In this document: positions 58,001 to 64,000 of the stretch, piece by piece
Layout of the letters: every line of letters starts with the position of its first letter
How positions within the stretch are numbered: the stretch's first letter is position 1
Origin: Podarcis bocagei
Taxonomy: Eukaryota
Length of the DNA: 64,000 nucleotides
Assembly (NCBI GenBank): GCA_964188305.1
Contig: OZ076897.1
Reading direction: 5' to 3' (one strand)
Translations under genes and position numbers: made by a program
Notes under the pieces: generated by a model
Database searches by the model: none
Told to the model about the DNA's origin: nothing
The model's input: only the letters and a program-made list of their open reading frames with translations

Positions 58001-61000
58001 GTAAAACGATCGCTGCCTGGCTTGGGGATAGGCAGGCACAGGATCGCGCTGCGGCGGGCCCGACAGGTGCCTGTTCGAAGTGCGGGTCGGCTGGCTGGGG
58101 GGAAAGAGGGAGGCGGCGGGCGGCTTGTTGAGCCCCTCGGCCAGGCCCCTTTGGCGTGCGCGCGCAGACGCACACGGCGCCCACCGACGCAGTCCTGCTG
58201 CGCTTCACGGTGGCTGAGCAGAGCGGGGCTTGATCGGCGGCACACGACCCGATGAATTAATAAATAGCTGAGGCTTCACGGCTTTTGACTCTGACAATCC
58301 CGGCTCAGCCGGTCTTTCCCTCCCCCTCCTCTCTGCGCTTGGCAAAGAGGCTGCTCGGAGCTGCCAGAGAATCCCCGAAGCTGCCCTTTCCTCCCTGCCG
58401 GCCACCGCGCGCCCCGTCCCTCCAAGGCCTCCCGTTGAAAATGGAATCTGCCCTGGAAGTTCAGGTGTCTGGGCTCCGAGGGTGTAAGATTTTCCTTACG
58501 CCCCCCGCCCCCCCCCTTCAGCCTAGCCTGCGATGGTCAAAGTTTCAGGTCCCCACCTCCCCTTTCTGTCTTTCTTTCTTTCTTCCGCGGTGCAAAGGGA
58601 AAGGAAAGAAGCGGAATGCGCCACGACCTGGGCCACGCTGCGCAAGGAGTTTGCGCCAAGTCTGGGCACTTTCTAGTCATTGCGTGATCAGCTTCTCGCC
58701 TCTCCTTCCACAATTATGATAACGGCGGTGATGATGTCACTGTTAATACAAAGCCCTTCCCGGCAATGCTAAGCGGTGGCGTTTTGCTCGTAGGAAGCGA
58801 AAACCTAGGCCTCGGCTGGCTGCTCTCTCTCTTGGAAAGGCTGGAACAGACGCGGGAGAAGCTCCTTCTGAGTAGCAGAAACGCCCCCCTCCAAAAAACA
58901 AAAAACAAAAAGCAAACCAACAACACCCCACCTCCCTCCTTTCTGAAGGACCTGAAAGGGACACTCATGTCCTTTGCTACTTATTGCAAAGTTTGCTACT
59001 TAGTGGACGCTCTCTCCAATGTAGGGGGGAGGTGCTTTTCCCCGAAGAAAGGCAAAGTCTTTTTAAAATTCGGAATGCACAGAAAAGCGGGTTGCCCGGA
59101 TTGTTGTTATTTAATTGGGGGCAGATTATACATTTTCCATGTCTGGAGGGGGGGGGGAGGAAAAATATAATCGAAAGAATGGCCTGTGTTTTGGTATGTG
59201 TCTTTGGACTTTTCTCTGTCCTTCAAGCAATCTCTCCTCCCCTGGCCAATCCAGGCCTGTGGGAAAGCTTCTTGGGGCTTCGATAGCTATAGTGAGGTCG
59301 GGGAAAGCGAGCGCCAGGAGGTTCCCCGGCTGCCGATTGCAGAGAGTCAACTGAGGGGTTGTAGGGCTGTAGATGACGCAGAAAGACCTCGGCCAAGAGT
59401 CCCTCCCACCTGGGGACAGTCAGAACCTGGGACCTTCTGCATTCAAAGCAGGTGCTCTTCTGACGACCTACGGCTCTCTGTCTCTCTCCATCCCTAAAAG
59501 CAGCCGAAGAGCACCCACAGGGCCCCAGAGAGCACATTCAGCAATATCTGCTGAGCAAGATGCAGGAAGGAAACGGCAGTCTTGACACTTGCCAGTTGTA
59601 TTAGGTTAGGAGGCCAGTATAGACACTGAGCAGAATCCAGTGGCGCAGCGGCTCTTGGATTTTATAATCTCAGGCTACAGGTGGGGGTTTGCATGTTTGA
59701 ATTTCCTCCACACAAAAGGGAAATAATCTTCATGCAGATAAGAAACAGCATTTCAGGAAGAAGATGGGTTTGGCCTGGTCTTATTTTTTTCTGAGTGCAC
59801 AGAGAGGTTTTGGTTTGTTTGGAGAAAGAAGCCGTCAGACCTGCACAGAACTTCAGCTTGAAGTGGCACAGTCTAGCAAAGGCTTTACGGTTGCAACTTT
59901 ATTCTGAATAAGGTGGTAGGCAGAGTAGATCCAAGAGCAGAAAATGTGGGGCTGAGTCCTCAATCCTGCGTAGCAAGGGGTAAGTCCCATTGGCCATTTG
60001 TGCGCTTCTGACTGAACCTTGGAATCAATGCTTTTGATATATCGGAAAGCTTAACTTTATAGAAAGTTAGCCTTCCGTCAGTTTGCTTCAAAAGCCAACC
60101 CCACTGAAATAAACGGGACTTTCCCCACTTAGCACCCTGATCTTAACCTCAGTTCTGCTTGGGAGTAAAAATATTAGGATATGGGATGGCCAGTCCCATG
60201 GACACCTGGGAGGATTCCAGCAGCTGCTGTTTTAAGCGTACAAAGGGCAGGACCCTAGTAGGCATGTCTACTCAGAAGTATGTCCTATTGTGTCCAGCAA
60301 GGCTTACTGCCATGTAAGGATCACAACTTTTACTCGCAAATAGGTTCCAAGAAGGCGAAGCGAACTGGTTTCGGAGTACACGCATTTAGAGGTGTCCTCC
60401 TGGGTTATCAGATAACCGGGACTGTTGGTAAGGCTGGCCTTGTGGGTGCGTTTTCCAGTGGGGCATAGCTTAAGCCAAGCTCTGCTCCCACCTCTTTCTC
60501 CCTGGGGTGCACCTGCTTGTTGTCCAAGGTTCGTTGTTTCAGTCCTGGGACTCCTATCTAAAAGGCACATTTTTAAACGTGCGGGTCCGCGCGTGAGTTT
60601 CTCGACCTTACAGCAGCTGGATCCCGTTGGATCGAACACACGAGACCATGAGATGCGGGGAGGTACAGAAGGCAATTGTGTCCCCCGGTAAACTTCGCTC
60701 GGCTGCCAGTGTGGAGAAAGGGGTCTTGCCCTCCCGCGACACACTAAAAGCATAAGGAACGAACACCCGTGGCGCTTGGAAGGGCCGGGGACGCGAGTGG
60801 GAAGCGTTGCCGGGGCTTCCATACTCAATTCCGCGCATCTCCAGGGAGGGCTGGGAGAGCCACTGCCAGTCAGTGTAGACGGTATGGAGCTACAAGGACC
60901 CTCAGTGTCAGCTGCTTCCTATATCACCACGTTCCAATTATGGGTTCCAAAATTATTCTTCTTGGGAGATTCCAGCGTAGGGTGCCTGTGAGCGATCCTC

Positions 61001-61061
61001 GGGGCAGAGATTAGAGCCTATGCGTACATTCTCCGTGATGGGTTAAGGGTTAAGACCGCAA

Positions 61062-61116
<55 letters not shown>

Positions 61117-61123
61117 GTGCGCG
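61062..61123. repeat. Compound (CT)n(CA)n(CG)n microsatellite
   Basis: Directly visible in intron 1. Confidence 0.95.
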
Positions 61124-62060
61124 TTTCGTGCAGCTCGATCCTATCCACGTTTATACAGGAGCAAGTTCTACTGAAGGACTTATTCCCAAGGAAGTTTCCA
61201 CGTGATCCACAGCCTCCTTTTCATGCCGTGGGTCTCTGCCGGGTAGTTCCTGCTCCCGTCTTTTCTACCCACCTGCTTCTTTGCCAGCCCCAACTGGAGG
61301 CTTTGCTCGCAAAACCGATTTGCGATGTATCCTAAACAGGCAGAAACGTTCAGGATGAAATCATGGGTGCGCACGGGTTTTTCCTCCGTAGTGAGTGGGC
61401 AGAGGAGATGGCTTAAGAAGTAAATAAGTCTTGTTGGTTTTCGGAGAGGTGATGGGAAGCTTTAAGGCCGCGATCCTAAGACCGCGATCCCCCCTTCCCG
61501 GTTTCGAAATCAACACGGTTCTTTCTTACCTCCACTTCCGGAAGAGATTTTCTAAAAAAATGTTTGCGATAGAATGCTTCGGTCACTGGAGGATACCACC
61601 CACAAAACATCTGTGGATCGCACCTTTCTCCCCGCCCTGCCTTCTAAGATGTTCTCATATTCGATTCGCTCTGCTCTCAAACGCTCCCTAGAAATAAGCA
61701 ACGTGGGTATGGGTCTAGTAAAGGTGTGTGTATGTATGTGCGTGTGTGCGTGAGTCAATATCCTTGGCGTGGGAGGGGGGTGGGCTTAGCCAGTTGGGCC
61801 ACAGGCCGGGAGACACGGGTAGCCGCTGGGATGGTTACCATGGATGCCTTTGCAGTCTGAGTCTTCCTCTTGACTCTGCGTGGAAATCCGGGGTCCACGC
61901 AGAGTGGAAGAGCGCACCAGAGCCCAACAGCAGCGAGACTGCTGTGGGGTGGGGAGGGATTGAAGCCCATTTAGGGGTGCAAGAGGAAGAGGAGCTATCC
62001 TAGCTGACATCCCTTCCGGATCCTGGCCTTAACAGAAGCGCACCAGATCGATATCAATGA

Positions 62061-63101
<1,041 letters not shown>

Positions 63102-64000
63102 TAGCTTGGCCTGTACAGAAAGAGAAGGGGCAGTGCTAAGATCCAACTCCTAGTAGTAAGCAGGTAGTAAGTACAGTAGTAGTTCACATCTGTTTCTTTA
63201 TTCCAAACAACAGAGCAGGTACTTTATAGATCAGGCAGAAGGGATTGGTCTTTGATCAAAAGAGCTTGTTGTAACTGTTGCTGCTAGTAGTAAGCAAATC
63301 CTAGTATTAGTAGTACTTCACTTTGCGCCAGGGACATGCTAGTTGAAATATTGAAAAGGACTGGTCACTGGATCTCGCAGCCAACAATTAGTCCTGCTAT
63401 AGGACAGTTGCAACAACTACAGTTATTTAGGATTAGTACTGTATTCCCAATACTGCCTACTCTGTACTAGGGAGAGAAGCAATGGAGAGGTGGAAAAATC
63501 CCATGGCAATTGGCCAGATAATTTAAGAAGCACCAGTGGAGCTATAGCACCTTAAAAGACAAAGAGCGTTGTTGTGATGTGTGATTTCATGGGCAATACA
63601 ACAGACGTATCTTAACCCAGCTTACTGTCGCCAATAGTGGCAAGGCAAATGCCTCTGAGAAACTCACAAAGTGGGCGTGAAGGTGTTGAGCCAGCCCAGA
63701 GTCAGCAATCCACAGGTAGACTGCCTTTATGTGTAGAGGTTTCTGCTTAGCTATCATGGCCGGTCTGCCAAACCACTAGCAGGCCCATTCTCCACAAATC
63801 TGCCAAATCCTTGGTTGCTGGTGTCCATCAACTTGACTTCATTGTGCTTTGTGTGGAGGACGAATGGTGCTTAGGGCAGGACTGGGGAATCTGTGGCTCT
63901 CCAAACCTCACTGGACCCCAGTTCCCTCCAGACCTAGCCAGCATAGCCAATGGTTAGAGGTGTTGTAGTCCAGCAACAGCTGGAGGCCCACAGGTTCCCC

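Overview
Vertebrate genomic DNA, almost certainly a squamate and probably a lacertid lizard (Sauria/Squam SINEs, Bov-B, CR1, L2, L1 and many TIR MITEs). The window covers about 53 kb of the upstream gene desert of Sonic hedgehog (SHH), then its promoter and 5' UTR, coding exon 1 (53802-54104), an 8.3-kb CpG-rich intron 1, coding exon 2 (62454-62715) and the start of intron 2, all on the + strand. Exon 3 lies outside the window. No other protein-coding gene is supported; other long ORFs are retroelement remnants or GC-rich artefacts. The most unusual structure is a four-tier nest at 14.9-15.55 kb: a tailless U1 snRNA 5'-end retrocopy with an 18-bp TSD, inside a Tc1/mariner MITE, inside an L2 3' end, inside a TIR element. 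It creates a perfect CAG|GTAAGTAT splice donor on the SHH strand. Other leads are a 35-codon uORF in the SHH leader, an ACG codon where some orthologues have an upstream in-frame ATG, several foldback elements, a possible L1 3' transduction, and TE-free blocks with Fox/Sox/POU motifs that are candidate SHH enhancers. Cross-species comparisons and TE family names come from recalled knowledge and need alignment to confirm.
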